A stretch of DNA of 56,183 bases from Bacteroidales bacterium (GCA_027028505.1 JALVJE010000209.1:1-56183); one strand, 5' to 3'. Counted from the stretch's first letter, positions 1-8,970 are shown. Notes: a model not told the origin generated them from the sequence alone. Numbers and translations are program-made.

Positions 1-237
1 TACCCGGAGGGTTACGAGGGAGAGAAGATCACCCTTAAGCGTACCATCTACCAGATCAACAACGGTGCTGCCGGCGCTCCCTATTATGCCCAGGCACAGG
101 TGCCCTGGACCCCTTTCACCACAGGATTCTCCACACAGAATGCCCTCTGCCTCTTCTATGTCGACGGGAAACACATCAAAATGAAAGTGATCAATCCCGA
201 CACCCTGGAAGAGATAGACAGCCTGGAACTGAGGTGA
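1..237 (+). CDS. 3' end of a CDS truncated by the window edge; probably a metallophosphoesterase-family protein
   Basis: Frame 1 is open from base 1 to TGA at 235-237 (YPEGYEGEKITLKRTIYQINNGAAGAPYYAQAQVPW...EEIDSLELR). The GAAGAPYY segment resembles C-terminal regions of Bacteroidota calcineurin-like phosphoesterases; catalytic motifs lie outside the window. Confidence 0.5.
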   Translation, partial: YPEGYEGEKITLKRTIYQINNGAAGAPYYAQAQVPWTPFTTGFSTQNALCLFYVDGKHIKMKVINPDTLEEIDSLELR

Positions 238-860
238 AAGGAAGGTCGAATGGCGAACAGTGGAAAGAGTCAGCGATGAGAGATGAGTGATGAGTGATGA
301 GCGATGAGTTAATGAGCGCAAATACCGGAAGGGACAAGGCACCGCCTTGTCCGTCTATCGGTAAGAAAATGTAGTAAGGAGTAAGGAGCGATGAATGGCG
401 AAGGTCGAATGGCGAACAGTGGAAAGAGTCAGCGATGAGCGATGAGCGATGAGTTAATGAGCGCAAATACCGGAAGGGACAAGGCACCGCCTTGTCCGTC
501 TATCGGTAAGAAAATGTAGTAAGGAGTAAGGAGCGATGAATGGCGAAGGTCGAATGGCGAACAGTGGAAAGAGTCAGCGATGAGCGATGAGCGATGAGTT
601 AATGAGCGCGAATACCGTAAGGGACAAGGCACCGCCTTGTCCGTATGTTGGTAAGGAAATGTAGTAGGGAGTTATGAGAGATGAGTGATGAGTGATGAGT
701 GATGAGCAATGAGTTAATGAGCGCGAATACCGTAAGGGACAAGGCACCGCCTTGTCCGTATGTTGGCAAAGAAATGGGATAAGGAGTAGGGAGCGACGAA
801 TGACGAATGTCGAACACCGAACAACGAAGGTCGAATTCGAATTGAAAGAGAGGCTGCCGT
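238..860. repeat. Tandem array of four REP-like hairpin units (periods 145, 145, 115 bp) with heptamer linkers
   Basis: GGACAAGGC-ACC-GCCTTGTCC starts at 332, 477, 622 and 737, each within GAGTTAATGAGCGCRAATACCGKAAG...CCGT. Linkers are GAGCGAT/GAGTGAT and GAAGGTC/GAATGGC-type heptamers. Confidence 0.9.
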
Positions 861-929
861 TGGCTCATTCTTTCCCGGTCTCCGCCGGTTTTGAATTCCC
901 GAATTTGGAGACCTTCAGGGCCGGCTACC

Positions 930-1508
930 CTATTTCCCTTTTCTTCCGCGGCGGAACAGACGGGGCCTTAACAACGAGGGGACCGTTTCGGGGAAGATCC
1001 CGCTCTTCACATACCGGATATCCTCCACCGAATAGAAAGCCTGGGAATTGTATTTCTGGATCAGTTCCAACAATGCCGGCATACTTTTTCTTCCGGTCAC
1101 AGAGTAAATAATATGAACAGGACCGTGGATACCATTGGCCTTCACGGAAGTAACCCCATATCCGTGTTCGTGAAGCTGTTCGATAAGCAGTGCCGCATCT
1201 TTCTGGGTAATAATGCGTATGAGCTGTGTACCCAGGGCCACCTTCTCTTCCACCAACATCCCCACATAGTTACCGGTGGCAAAACCGGCCGCAAAGGCAA
1301 TGTAACAAGCCGGGTTATTGAGGTTCTGGAAGATCCTGCTGATCGCCAGGATCCAGATCAACACCTCGAAAAAAGCCAGGAATGGCACGACATTACGCCG
1401 CCCTCTGGAGATAAGGATGATACGCATGGTCCCCAGCGTAACATCCACGATACGTGCCAGGAAGATCAGCAAAGGCAACAGTATGTATGAAAACCACCAT
1501 GCATCCAT
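930..1508 (-). CDS. UPF0316 / DUF2179 family membrane protein
   Basis: 192 aa with hydrophobic N-terminal half (IFLARIVDVTLGTMRII, FFEVLIW, FAAGFATGNYVG) and a C-terminal soluble domain (GYGVT...G..GPV.II). Confidence 0.85.
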   Translation of the reverse strand: MDAWWFSYILLPLLIFLARIVDVTLGTMRIILISRGRRNVVPFLAFFEVLIWILAISRIFQNLNNPACYIAFAAGFATGNYVGMLVEEKVALGTQLIRIITQKDAALLIEQLHEHGYGVTSVKANGIHGPVHIIYSVTGRKSMPALLELIQKYNSQAFYSVEDIRYVKSGIFPETVPSLLRPRLFRRGRKGK

Positions 1509-1595
1509 GTCATAATGTCTTTATGGTTTCTGTCCCCTTGCCCTTAACAAATAGAATACCATACCGGACCAATACGGCAATGAAAAGTCAAAAAG

Positions 1596-1860
1596 TAAGA
1601 AAAGTGGGAACCTCCTTCGATACGCCTGCGGCTACTCAGGAACCTCCTTCGATACGCCTGCGGCTACTCAGCGATGAGAGATGAGCGATGAGCAATGAGA
1701 GGTGAGCGATGATTTGATGAGCGTGAATACCGTGAGGGACAAGGCACCGCCTTGTCCGTCTATCGGTAAGGAAATGCAGTAGGGAGTTATGAGCTATGAG
1801 CTCCGCCTTCGCTAATCCCGATAGCTATCGGGATCGGCGGACGAAGGATGAGTTGATGAG
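1596..1860. repeat. Composite intergenic repeat: module B twice, module A, module C
   Basis: Exact 32-bp tandem GGAACCTCCTTCGATACGCCTGCGGCTACTCA at 1607-1670; module A hairpin at 1737-1757; module C TCCGCCTTCG-CTAA-TCCCGATAGCTATCGGGA-TCGGCGGA from 1802; GAGCGAT-type linkers between them. Confidence 0.85.
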
Positions 1861-1950
1861 CGTGAATACCCCTATATTACCAAACTATTCCTTATTTTTG
1901 GCATAGTGGTACCGCAAAGCCCATCCATAAAATGTAGATCAACAGGTTCA

Positions 1951-2116
1951 ACCCAGATTACGCATTAGGAAGCTAAAAAATAGCTGAACTAATGCGTTAG
2001 CTGGGGTTAACCCCGATCTAGGAGTTCACGGTTTTGGTGAATAGCCAAAACCGATGAAATCCTTAATCGATCAGCAATGAAAAGCGCTTGCGATTTTCTA
2101 TTGCTGATTTTGGGTT
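1951..2116. mobile_element. About 165-bp MITE-like, multi-hairpin element, copy 1
   Basis: Near-identical inverted copy at 43845-44008; short imperfect terminal inverted repeats AACCCA...TGGGTT; three internal stem-loops and a central GGGGTTAACCCC palindrome; no ORF. Confidence 0.6.
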
Positions 2117-2149
2117 CAATAAAAACGAAACAAAAACATAAGTGGTGCA

Positions 2150-3115
2150 ATGAAAAAAATATTCCCGGTGATGATCCTGACCCTTACCATGGCTGTTCTG
2201 AGCAGATCAGCTATCGGTGAAAGACACTACCCTTCCGGTGGAGCCGTGAACGGCTCACTGACGGTCGACGGGATCCAACGAACTTATTATCTCTATGTTC
2301 CGGAAAAATATACAGGCAGGAAATCCGTTCCGCTGCTGATCGTTCTGCATGGCGGAGGAGGCAGGGGAAAAAGGACGGAAGAAAAAACGACCCTCAACGG
2401 ATTCGACCGGCTGGCAGATAAGGAGGGATTCCTGGTCGTTTATCCGGATGCTGTGGAGTATCACTGGAACGACGGGCGGAACAACCCCTATTCCTATGCA
2501 GCCCGGCAAAACCTCAACGATGTAAAATTCATCTCTGCCCTGATCGATCACCTGGGAAACAAATACAACCTGGACCCAAAAAGGGTCTACGCCACGGGGG
2601 TCTCCAACGGCGGGATGATGAGCTTTCGCCTGGCCTGCGAGCTGCCGGACAGGATCGCAGCGATCGCCACCGTAGCCGCTTCCATGCCGGAGACTTTGTA
2701 TGACCATTGTACCCCGCAACACCCAGTTTCCGTATTGATCATACACGGCACGGATGACCCGCTGGTTCCGTGGAACGGAGGGGATGTGGTGGCTTTCGGA
2801 CAGCACCGCGGCTCCGTTGTGCCGGTCCCTCAAAGTGTTGAATTCTGGGTAAAACATGACCATTGCACCCTGCAGAAAGGGAAAACATGGCTGCCGGACA
2901 AAGATCCCCTGGACGGGACAAGGGTGTGGAAAGAGATGTATATCAACAGGGACGACAAGGTAAAGGTCGTGTTCTACGGGATCGAGGGCGGCGGTCACAC
3001 CTGGCCGGACGGCTTCAGCAGCCTCCCCCGTGTCACAGGAAAGATAACGCACGACATCAATGCCTGCAGGGTGATATGGGATTTTTTCAGGGAGGTGGGA
3101 AAAATAAATAAATAG
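2150..3115 (+). CDS. Secreted PHB-depolymerase / LpqC family alpha/beta-hydrolase esterase
   Basis: Signal peptide; PLLIVLHGGGG, YPD, nucleophile elbow TGVSNGG, HGTDDP and GGGHTWP motifs. Confidence 0.85.
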   Translation: MKKIFPVMILTLTMAVLSRSAIGERHYPSGGAVNGSLTVDGIQRTYYLYVPEKYTGRKSVPLLIVLHGGGGRGKRTEEKTTLNGFDRLADKEGFLVVYPDAVEYHWNDGRNNPYSYAARQNLNDVKFISALIDHLGNKYNLDPKRVYATGVSNGGMMSFRLACELPDRIAAIATVAASMPETLYDHCTPQHPVSVLIIHGTDDPLVPWNGGDVVAFGQHRGSVVPVPQSVEFWVKHDHCTLQKGKTWLPDKDPLDGTRVWKEMYINRDDKVKVVFYGIEGGGHTWPDGFSSLPRVTGKITHDINACRVIWDFFREVGKINK

Positions 3116-3169
3116 GTATTTAAATATCTATTTAAATAGGCATTTTAATAGGTATTTAAATAGGTATAT
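3110..3169. repeat. Five tandem 12-bp quasi-palindromic units (AAATAGGTATTT family)
   Basis: AAATAGGTATTT AAATATCTATTT AAATAGGCATTT TAATAGGTATTT AAATAGGTATAT; homologous inverted copy at 21785-21844. Confidence 0.8.
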
Positions 3170-3435
3170 TTAAGGAACGATGAAGGATGAACGATGAATG
3201 TAGAACATCGAACACCGAACACCGAATTTTGAATTCTGATTGCTGATTTTTCAATCATTCAATCATTCAATCATTCAATCATTTCCCTCCCCTGCATCTT
3301 GATCCTCTCTTCAAGCCCCGGCAAGCCATCGGCCGCCAAAGGCGGTTACTGAGTAGCCGTAGGCGTATCGAAGGGAGCCGACGGCGCTGCCGGGATCTCC
3401 GCTTCGCTCCGACTTCGCCATTCGAGCATCGCACT
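3170..3435. repeat. Composite intergenic repeat (heptamers, TCAATCAT octamers, nested hairpin with module B)
   Basis: GAACGAT/GAAGGAT/GAACACC heptamers; TCAATCAT x4; reverse-complement module B at 3349-3374 inside a longer stem (3317-3394). Confidence 0.75.
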
Positions 3436-5199
3436 TCATTTCAGCAACCCTGCCAGGGCTTTGCCGATGCGTTCGTAGCCGGTGGCGTTGGGGTGCAGGC
3501 CGTCGGCGGTGAAGGCTGCCGGATCGACGGTGCCCTGTTTGTTGAGCAACCCTGCGCCGACATCCCCGTACTGCACGTTCATGTCTCCGGCCAGGCGGGC
3601 GATCTTCAGGTTCAGGGCTTTGATGCGCTCCTCGTGGCCCTTCCAGGGCAGGATGCCCAGCAACAGGATGTCCGCATGGGGCTGGTGCAGCCGCACATCC
3701 CTGACCAGAAAGTCCAGCCCCCGCAGGATCTCCTCATCATCGTCGCGGAAGAAATTGTTGACGCCTATGAGCAGCACCACCTGTTTGGCTTGGTAACCGT
3801 CCAGCTCGCCGTGGTTGACGCGCCACAGGACGTTCTCAATACGGTCCCAGCCACAACCCATGTTCTTCACCCCTTTGGGTGCAAGATAACGGTCCCAGGC
3901 CTTCGGACCCCGTTGAAATTTACATCCCGGCACACCTCCCCAAAAATGGGTGATGGAGTTGCCCAGGAAGACGATCCGGGGTGGGTCGGTGGCATTCTCT
4001 TTCAGGATCCGTTCATGCCGTTCCTCCCATACATAATTCTTCGGCTCGCGGTCCTGGGTTACAGGGGTAGTAGCAGGGGTATTGCCGGCAGGTGCCTTCA
4101 TGATCCGCCGTATGATATTTTCATAGGCCCGGGCATAGTATTCCATCCCCAGGGCATTGGGATGGATGCCATCGGTCTGGCTGTCGAGGTCCTGACCGAT
4201 CTCCTCCTTTGTGAGCAACCAGATGTTCATTATCCCGGCCGCTTTCATCTCCGCAAAGGCCTGCTCCATCACCCGGTTGATGTCATCATAATTCCTGAAG
4301 CGGCCCGGACGGATCTCTCCGTCTGTATAGCCGTCATGTTCCACCAGGAGGATAGGTGTTTCCGGATGTTTTGCCCGGAGACTCTCCACCGAGGCGATGA
4401 TACGGTCGTGTACCTCTTTGTCCGTGAAGCGGGGAGCGGTCATATTGGGAAGACAGTCGAGAACATAAAGACCGGCATCTATCTCATTGATCAGGTCGAT
4501 CAGTTCTTTTTCCAGCTTGCCATTGCCGGAGAATGCCAGGTTGATCACGGGTCGGTCGAGACGGCGTTCCAGCAGGTTGCTCCAGGCCAGTCCGGCCCTC
4601 GGAGCACAGGCGCCCTGCGCGATGGAGGTGCCATAGACGACGATGGGTTTCTCGCGACGCAGGGGCAGCGGCTGAAAAAGAGCCGTACCGGGCATGCCTA
4701 TCTCAAGCCATTTCACATGGTTGTACAACGGCAGGTACAGGCGGTACTCCCGGCCCATTTTATGATACGCATCATTGGTACGGATCCCTTTGTACTCATA
4801 CCGGATGGTATCCCCGAAATGGTAACGCCCCCGCACCCACATCCACCGGCCCTCGCTGTCGCGGGCATACAGGTCGATGCCGCTGACGCCGGTGGCCGGC
4901 ATGTGGGGATAGGCCATTGTGCCGCTCACCCCGTAACGGATCACAAAATGATCCGCATTGCTGCGGAAACGGATCACCAGGCCGGCAGCATCTTTGGAAA
5001 GATCCCACACCGGCTTGCGCACATTTGCTTTGGCACGCGCCGGCAACCGGTCATAAAAATCTTCCGTCTCCCCCGCCCAGGCCTGTCCTTCGATCACGGG
5101 AAAAGCATTCTTTGCCGGATCCCACCAGCTCAGCCCCTCCTGCGAAAAGAGGGGAAGGGAAAAAAGCAGGGATAAGAGGAGAAGGGTCAGGGGTTTCAT
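3436..5199 (-). CDS. Secreted tandem SGNH/GDSL esterase (GxDLY-type N-terminal domain plus two SGNH domains)
   Basis: Start reassigned to ATG 5199 (MKPLTLLLLSLLFSLPLFSQ signal peptide). Contains GIDLY, block I YGTSIAQG with DGIHP, and a second block I LGNSITH with DGLHPN. Confidence 0.85.
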   Translation of the reverse strand: MKPLTLLLLSLLFSLPLFSQEGLSWWDPAKNAFPVIEGQAWAGETEDFYDRLPARAKANVRKPVWDLSKDAAGLVIRFRSNADHFVIRYGVSGTMAYPHMPATGVSGIDLYARDSEGRWMWVRGRYHFGDTIRYEYKGIRTNDAYHKMGREYRLYLPLYNHVKWLEIGMPGTALFQPLPLRREKPIVVYGTSIAQGACAPRAGLAWSNLLERRLDRPVINLAFSGNGKLEKELIDLINEIDAGLYVLDCLPNMTAPRFTDKEVHDRIIASVESLRAKHPETPILLVEHDGYTDGEIRPGRFRNYDDINRVMEQAFAEMKAAGIMNIWLLTKEEIGQDLDSQTDGIHPNALGMEYYARAYENIIRRIMKAPAGNTPATTPVTQDREPKNYVWEERHERILKENATDPPRIVFLGNSITHFWGGVPGCKFQRGPKAWDRYLAPKGVKNMGCGWDRIENVLWRVNHGELDGYQAKQVVLLIGVNNFFRDDDEEILRGLDFLVRDVRLHQPHADILLLGILPWKGHEERIKALNLKIARLAGDMNVQYGDVGAGLLNKQGTVDPAAFTADGLHPNATGYERIGKALAGLLK

Positions 5200-5232
5200 A
5201 TAGAATAATTTGTTAAAAGGATTTACTGTCAG

Positions 5233-5253
5233 GGACAAGGCATTGCCTTGTCC
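5233..5253. repeat. Single REP-like module A hairpin
   Basis: GGACAAGGC-ATT-GCCTTGTCC, same stem as module A with a different loop. Confidence 0.85.
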
Positions 5254-5330
5254 GTACAGTATGGAATAAAGATATGGCTTAATATAAATAGTTTGTGGTT
5301 CATCGATCGCCATTCATCCTTCGACCTTCC

Positions 5331-5747
5331 TCATTCCCCGATGATCTTCACCAGTACGCGTTTGCGGCGTTTGCCGTCGAACTCGCCATAGAAGACCTGC
5401 TCCCACGGTCCGAAGTCGAGACTACCGTCGGTGACAGCGATGACCACCTCGCGTCCCATGATGGTGCGTTTCAGGTGGGCATCGGCATTGTCCTCAAAGC
5501 CGTTGTGACGGTATTGTGAATAGGGTTTTTCCGGTGCCAGCTTCTCCAGCCACACTTCAAAGTCGTGGTGCAGGCCGGGCTCATCATCGTTGATAAAGAC
5601 GCTGGCCGTGATGTGCATAGCATTGCACAGCAGCAGGCCTTCTTTTATGCCGCTCTCGCGCAGGCATTCGTTCAGCTGCGGCGTGATATTGATCAGCTCC
5701 CGCCGCTTGCTGGTCTCAAACCAGAGTTCTTTTCTGTAACTTTTCAT
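5331..5747 (-). CDS. yjbQ: YjbQ / UPF0047 family protein
   Basis: 138 aa with [18 protein letters not shown] and [15 protein letters not shown] motifs. Confidence 0.9.
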   Translation of the reverse strand: MKSYRKELWFETSKRRELINITPQLNECLRESGIKEGLLLCNAMHITASVFINDDEPGLHHDFEVWLEKLAPEKPYSQYRHNGFEDNADAHLKRTIMGREVVIAVTDGSLDFGPWEQVFYGEFDGKRRKRVLVKIIGE

Positions 5748-5754
5748 AGCTTCA

Positions 5755-6019
5755 GTTATTAGTTCACAGTTCAGAGTTCACAGTCCCGCAGTTCCCGGGA
5801 TTTGATCCCGCTGGAACTGCGAGGATCCTCGAAAAACTACGCAAATCAAAGATTTGCTGTTTTTCGGGATTCACAGTTCACAGTTCACAGTTCAGAGTTC
5901 ACAGTTCACAGTTCAGAGTATCGAGTTTTGAGTATCCCCGTCCGACCGGACAGTCGTCCGGGCGGGGAGTATCGAGTTGGTGGTTCGTGGTTAGTGGTTA
6001 GTCGTTCATCGATCATCGT
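5755..6019. repeat. Composite intergenic repeat: AGTTCAC/AGTTCAG heptamers, module D (5783-5870), module E (5936-5967)
   Basis: Module D is near-identical to 10222-10309. Module E reads CCCCGTCCGA-CCGGAC-AGTC-GTCCGG-GCGGGG. Confidence 0.85.
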
Positions 6020-8641
6020 TCATCCTTCTGCCAGCCCCATATCTTTCTTTATGGCTTCGATCTTCTGCACCAGTTCCGCATCCATCCTGTCAAAGTCGGC
6101 GGGGTCTTTCAGCTCCCCTTTGACACTGAAATAGAACTTGATCTTGGGTTCGGTCCCCGAGGGGCGCACCGATACCTTTGAGCCGTCGTGCAGGATGAAC
6201 TGCAGCACGTTGGATCGGGGCAGGGTGATGTGATAGCGCAGGTCGGAGATCAGATCGATGGTCTGCTGTTTCAGGTAATCGTGGATGAGCATCACGTTGG
6301 AACCGTTGATGGTCTGGGGATAATGGCTGCGGAAGTTATCCATCATGGCCTGGATCTCTTCGGCCCCTTTCTTGCCCTTGCGCACGATGTTCAGCAGGTC
6401 TTCCCGGTAAAAGCCGAACTGCACGTAAATATCTTTCAGCAGGTCGAGGAGGCTCTTCCCCTGGTCTCTGGCCCAGGCGGCGGTCTCGGCCACCATCACG
6501 GCTGTGCTGACGGCGTCCTTGTCGCGCACGAAGTCGCCCACCATGAAGCCGTAGCTCTCCTCGCCCCCACCGATGAAGGTCATCTTCCCCTCATTGCGGC
6601 GGATAACGTCGGCGATCCATTTGAAGCCTGTCAGCACATCGAAATATTTCACTCCGAAGTGCTTTGCAATATCAGCTAGCAGATCGGTGGTCACGATGGT
6701 CTTGACAATATACTCTTTGCCGGTCAGTTTTCCTTTCTCCTGCCAGCGCCGCAGAAGGTAATAGGTGAGCAGGGTGGCGGTTTGGTTGCCGTTGAGGAGG
6801 CGCATGGCCCCTTTGTCGTCGCGCACGGCGATACCCAGGCGGTCGCCGTCGGGGTCGGAGGCCATCACCAGCTCGGCGCCGGTCTCGTCGGCTCTCTTCA
6901 GGGCCATCTCCAGGGCGGCATGCTCCTCGGGGTTGGGTGACACCACCGTGGGGAAGTTACCGTCGGTAATGTCCTGCTCGGGCACGTGGATGATATTCTT
7001 AAATCCGTAACGCTCCAGGGCCGTGGGCACCATTTTCACCCCGGTGCCGTGGATGGGCGTGTAAACGATCTTCAGGTCGCTGTGTTTTTTCACGGCCTCC
7101 GGCGACAGGGAGAGGGAGGTCACCTCTTTCAGGTAGGCCTCGTCCACCTCTTCCCCGATGATCTTTATCTTCTCTTTGGGTCCGTCGAACATCACCTGGG
7201 AAGGATCCTTGATGCGGGCTACCTCGGCGATGATCGCTTTGTCGTGGGGGGGGATCACCTGGGCGCCGTCTTCCCAATAAGCTTTGTAACCGTTGTACTC
7301 TTTGGGGTTGTGCGAGGCCGTGATCATCACGCCGCTCTGGCAGCCCAGATGGCGTATCGCAAAGGAGAGCTCGGGCGTGGGACGCAAGTCGTCAAAGAGA
7401 AAGACCTCAAAACCGTTGCCGGCAAAGATGCCGGCCGTCGTCTCGGCGAAGAGACGGCTGTTGTTGCGGCAGTCGTGCGAGATGACCACGCGGATGACCT
7501 CACGGCCGGCAAACTGTTTCTTCAGGTAGTTGGCCAGGCCCTGTGTGGCCATACCCACGGTATAGATGTTCATCCGGTTGGTGCCGGCGCCCATGATGCC
7601 GCGCAGGCCGCCCGTACCGAACTCCAGATGTTTGTAAAAAGCATCAATGAGCTGGTCGGGGTCTCCGTCCAGCAGTGCCTGCACCTCCTTTTTGGTCTGT
7701 TCGTCGTAAGGACCTTCCAGCCACTCGCGGGCTTTGGCCTGCACCTGTTCCAGTAAATTATCTTTTTCCATATCTGTCGTTATTAAATTTTTCAAACATT
7801 TCCGTAATCCCTCTTTCCAGTGAGGTATCGTGATCCCGTAATCCTTTTTGATCTTCTCCTTCGCCAGCACGCTGTAAAAGGGACGTGGTGCCGGCCGGTT
7901 GAACTGTTCCGACGTAACTGCCAGCACGGGTATTCTCTTCCCTGCCGTTTCCAGGATCTCTTTTGCAAAGTCGTACCAGCTGCAGACCCCCTCATCGGCA
8001 TAATGATAAATGCCGGGCTTCCATCCCCCTTTCTCCTCAGCCCTGTCGATCACCTGTAGGATGGCTTCCGCCAGGTCGCCGGCATAGGTCGGCGAGCCGA
8101 TCTGGTCATAAACGACCTCCAGGGCCTCCCGCTCGTCCGCCAGCCGCAGGATGGTCTTTACGAAATTACTGCCCTCCTCGGAGTACAGCCAGGCGGTACG
8201 TATCACCAGGGTGTCGGAATACTCCAGGGCGATACGTTCCCCTTCGTACTTGCTCTTGCCATACACCGACCGGGGATCTGGACGGTCGCTCTCGCGATAA
8301 GGCCGGTAGCTCGTCCCGCTGAAAACATAGTCGGTCGAGATGTGGATCAGCCGGAAAGGATGCTCGTGCGTGACCGCCAGCAGATAGGCCACAACATCGG
8401 CATTGAGCAGGAAAGCCCGGGCCGGCTCTTCCTCGGCCCTGTCCACGGCCGTATAAGCCGCACAGTTGATGACATAATCGGGGCGCTCCTGCAGGAGGAA
8501 AGCCATGACTGTCTCCCGGTCGGTCAGGTCCAGCTCACCGATATCGGTAAAGAGGAATTGCCAGCGGGGCCGGCGCTCCGAGGCCTTCCTCAGCGCACTG
8601 CCCAACTGTCCGTCCGCACCGGTGACGAGGATCTTTGGCAT
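6020..8641 (-). CDS. rfbD-pgm: Single 873-aa ORF: dTDP-4-dehydrorhamnose reductase (RfbD/RmlD, about aa 1-290) fused to phosphoglucomutase/phosphomannomutase (internal ATG at 7771)
   Basis: N-terminal part has TGADGQLG, NCAAYTAVD, ISTDYVF, YGKSK and RP..S.L. C-terminal part has LEFGTGGLRG, phosphoserine loop TASHNP, metal loop DPDGDR, GEES and RPSGTEPKIK. No stop codon at the junction (KCLKNLITTDMEKD). Confidence 0.85.
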   Translation of the reverse strand: MPKILVTGADGQLGSALRKASERRPRWQFLFTDIGELDLTDRETVMAFLLQERPDYVINCAAYTAVDRAEEEPARAFLLNADVVAYLLAVTHEHPFRLIHISTDYVFSGTSYRPYRESDRPDPRSVYGKSKYEGERIALEYSDTLVIRTAWLYSEEGSNFVKTILRLADEREALEVVYDQIGSPTYAGDLAEAILQVIDRAEEKGGWKPGIYHYADEGVCSWYDFAKEILETAGKRIPVLAVTSEQFNRPAPRPFYSVLAKEKIKKDYGITIPHWKEGLRKCLKNLITTDMEKDNLLEQVQAKAREWLEGPYDEQTKKEVQALLDGDPDQLIDAFYKHLEFGTGGLRGIMGAGTNRMNIYTVGMATQGLANYLKKQFAGREVIRVVISHDCRNNSRLFAETTAGIFAGNGFEVFLFDDLRPTPELSFAIRHLGCQSGVMITASHNPKEYNGYKAYWEDGAQVIPPHDKAIIAEVARIKDPSQVMFDGPKEKIKIIGEEVDEAYLKEVTSLSLSPEAVKKHSDLKIVYTPIHGTGVKMVPTALERYGFKNIIHVPEQDITDGNFPTVVSPNPEEHAALEMALKRADETGAELVMASDPDGDRLGIAVRDDKGAMRLLNGNQTATLLTYYLLRRWQEKGKLTGKEYIVKTIVTTDLLADIAKHFGVKYFDVLTGFKWIADVIRRNEGKMTFIGGGEESYGFMVGDFVRDKDAVSTAVMVAETAAWARDQGKSLLDLLKDIYVQFGFYREDLLNIVRKGKKGAEEIQAMMDNFRSHYPQTINGSNVMLIHDYLKQQTIDLISDLRYHITLPRSNVLQFILHDGSKVSVRPSGTEPKIKFYFSVKGELKDPADFDRMDAELVQKIEAIKKDMGLAEG

Positions 8642-8659
8642 AAAAAGTTTTATTCATTA

Positions 8660-8667
8660 CAAAGGTA
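8660..8667 (-). promoter_or_regulatory. Bacteroidota -7 promoter box for rfbD-pgm
   Basis: CAAAGGTA reads TACCTTTG on the minus strand, 19 nt upstream of the ATG; matches TAnnTTTG. Confidence 0.6.
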
Positions 8668-8673
8668 GTAAAA

Positions 8674-8820
8674 AGTTCAGAGTTCACGGTTCACAGTTCA
8701 CAGTTCACAGTTCATAGTTCATAGTTCATAGTTCACAGTTCAGAGTTCACAGTTCAGAGTTCACAGTTCAGAGTTCACAGTTCAGAGTTCACAGTTCACA
8801 GTTCACAGTTCACAGTTAGA
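8674..8820. repeat. Heptamer VNTR, 20 units of AGTTCA(C/G/T)
   Basis: 20 contiguous units at 8674-8813 (one GGTTCAC variant) plus a degenerate unit; followed by a module E hairpin at 8825-8857. Confidence 0.95.
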
Positions 8821-8970
8821 AGTACCCCCGTCCGACCTGCGTTAGCCAGGCGGAGGGTTACGAGTATCGTGTACCGGACCGTTCATTCAAAAATCAGCAA
8901 TTAAAAATCAAACCTGTCCGTCCGTAGTCACAATATGTTGTGACGAAGGCGGAAATCATCATTCATTTCC

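Noticed and set aside
238-860. Possible CRISPR array (palindromic repeat with regular spacing)
   Set aside because: The intervening 65-95 bp segments are near-identical copies of each other and built from heptamers; the period is too long and no cas genes are present.
191-1111. Short ORFs 191-487, 429-632, 599-868 and 752-1111
   Set aside because: They are translations of the repeat array (SSLITHH-type periodic peptides).
3493-5175. 560-aa plus-strand ORF
   Set aside because: Antisense shadow of the SGNH gene in GC-rich DNA; no recognisable motifs.
5802-6134. 110-aa plus-strand ORF with SQFTVHSS repeats
   Set aside because: Read-through of AGTTCAC heptamers and modules D/E; overlaps the pgm 3' end.
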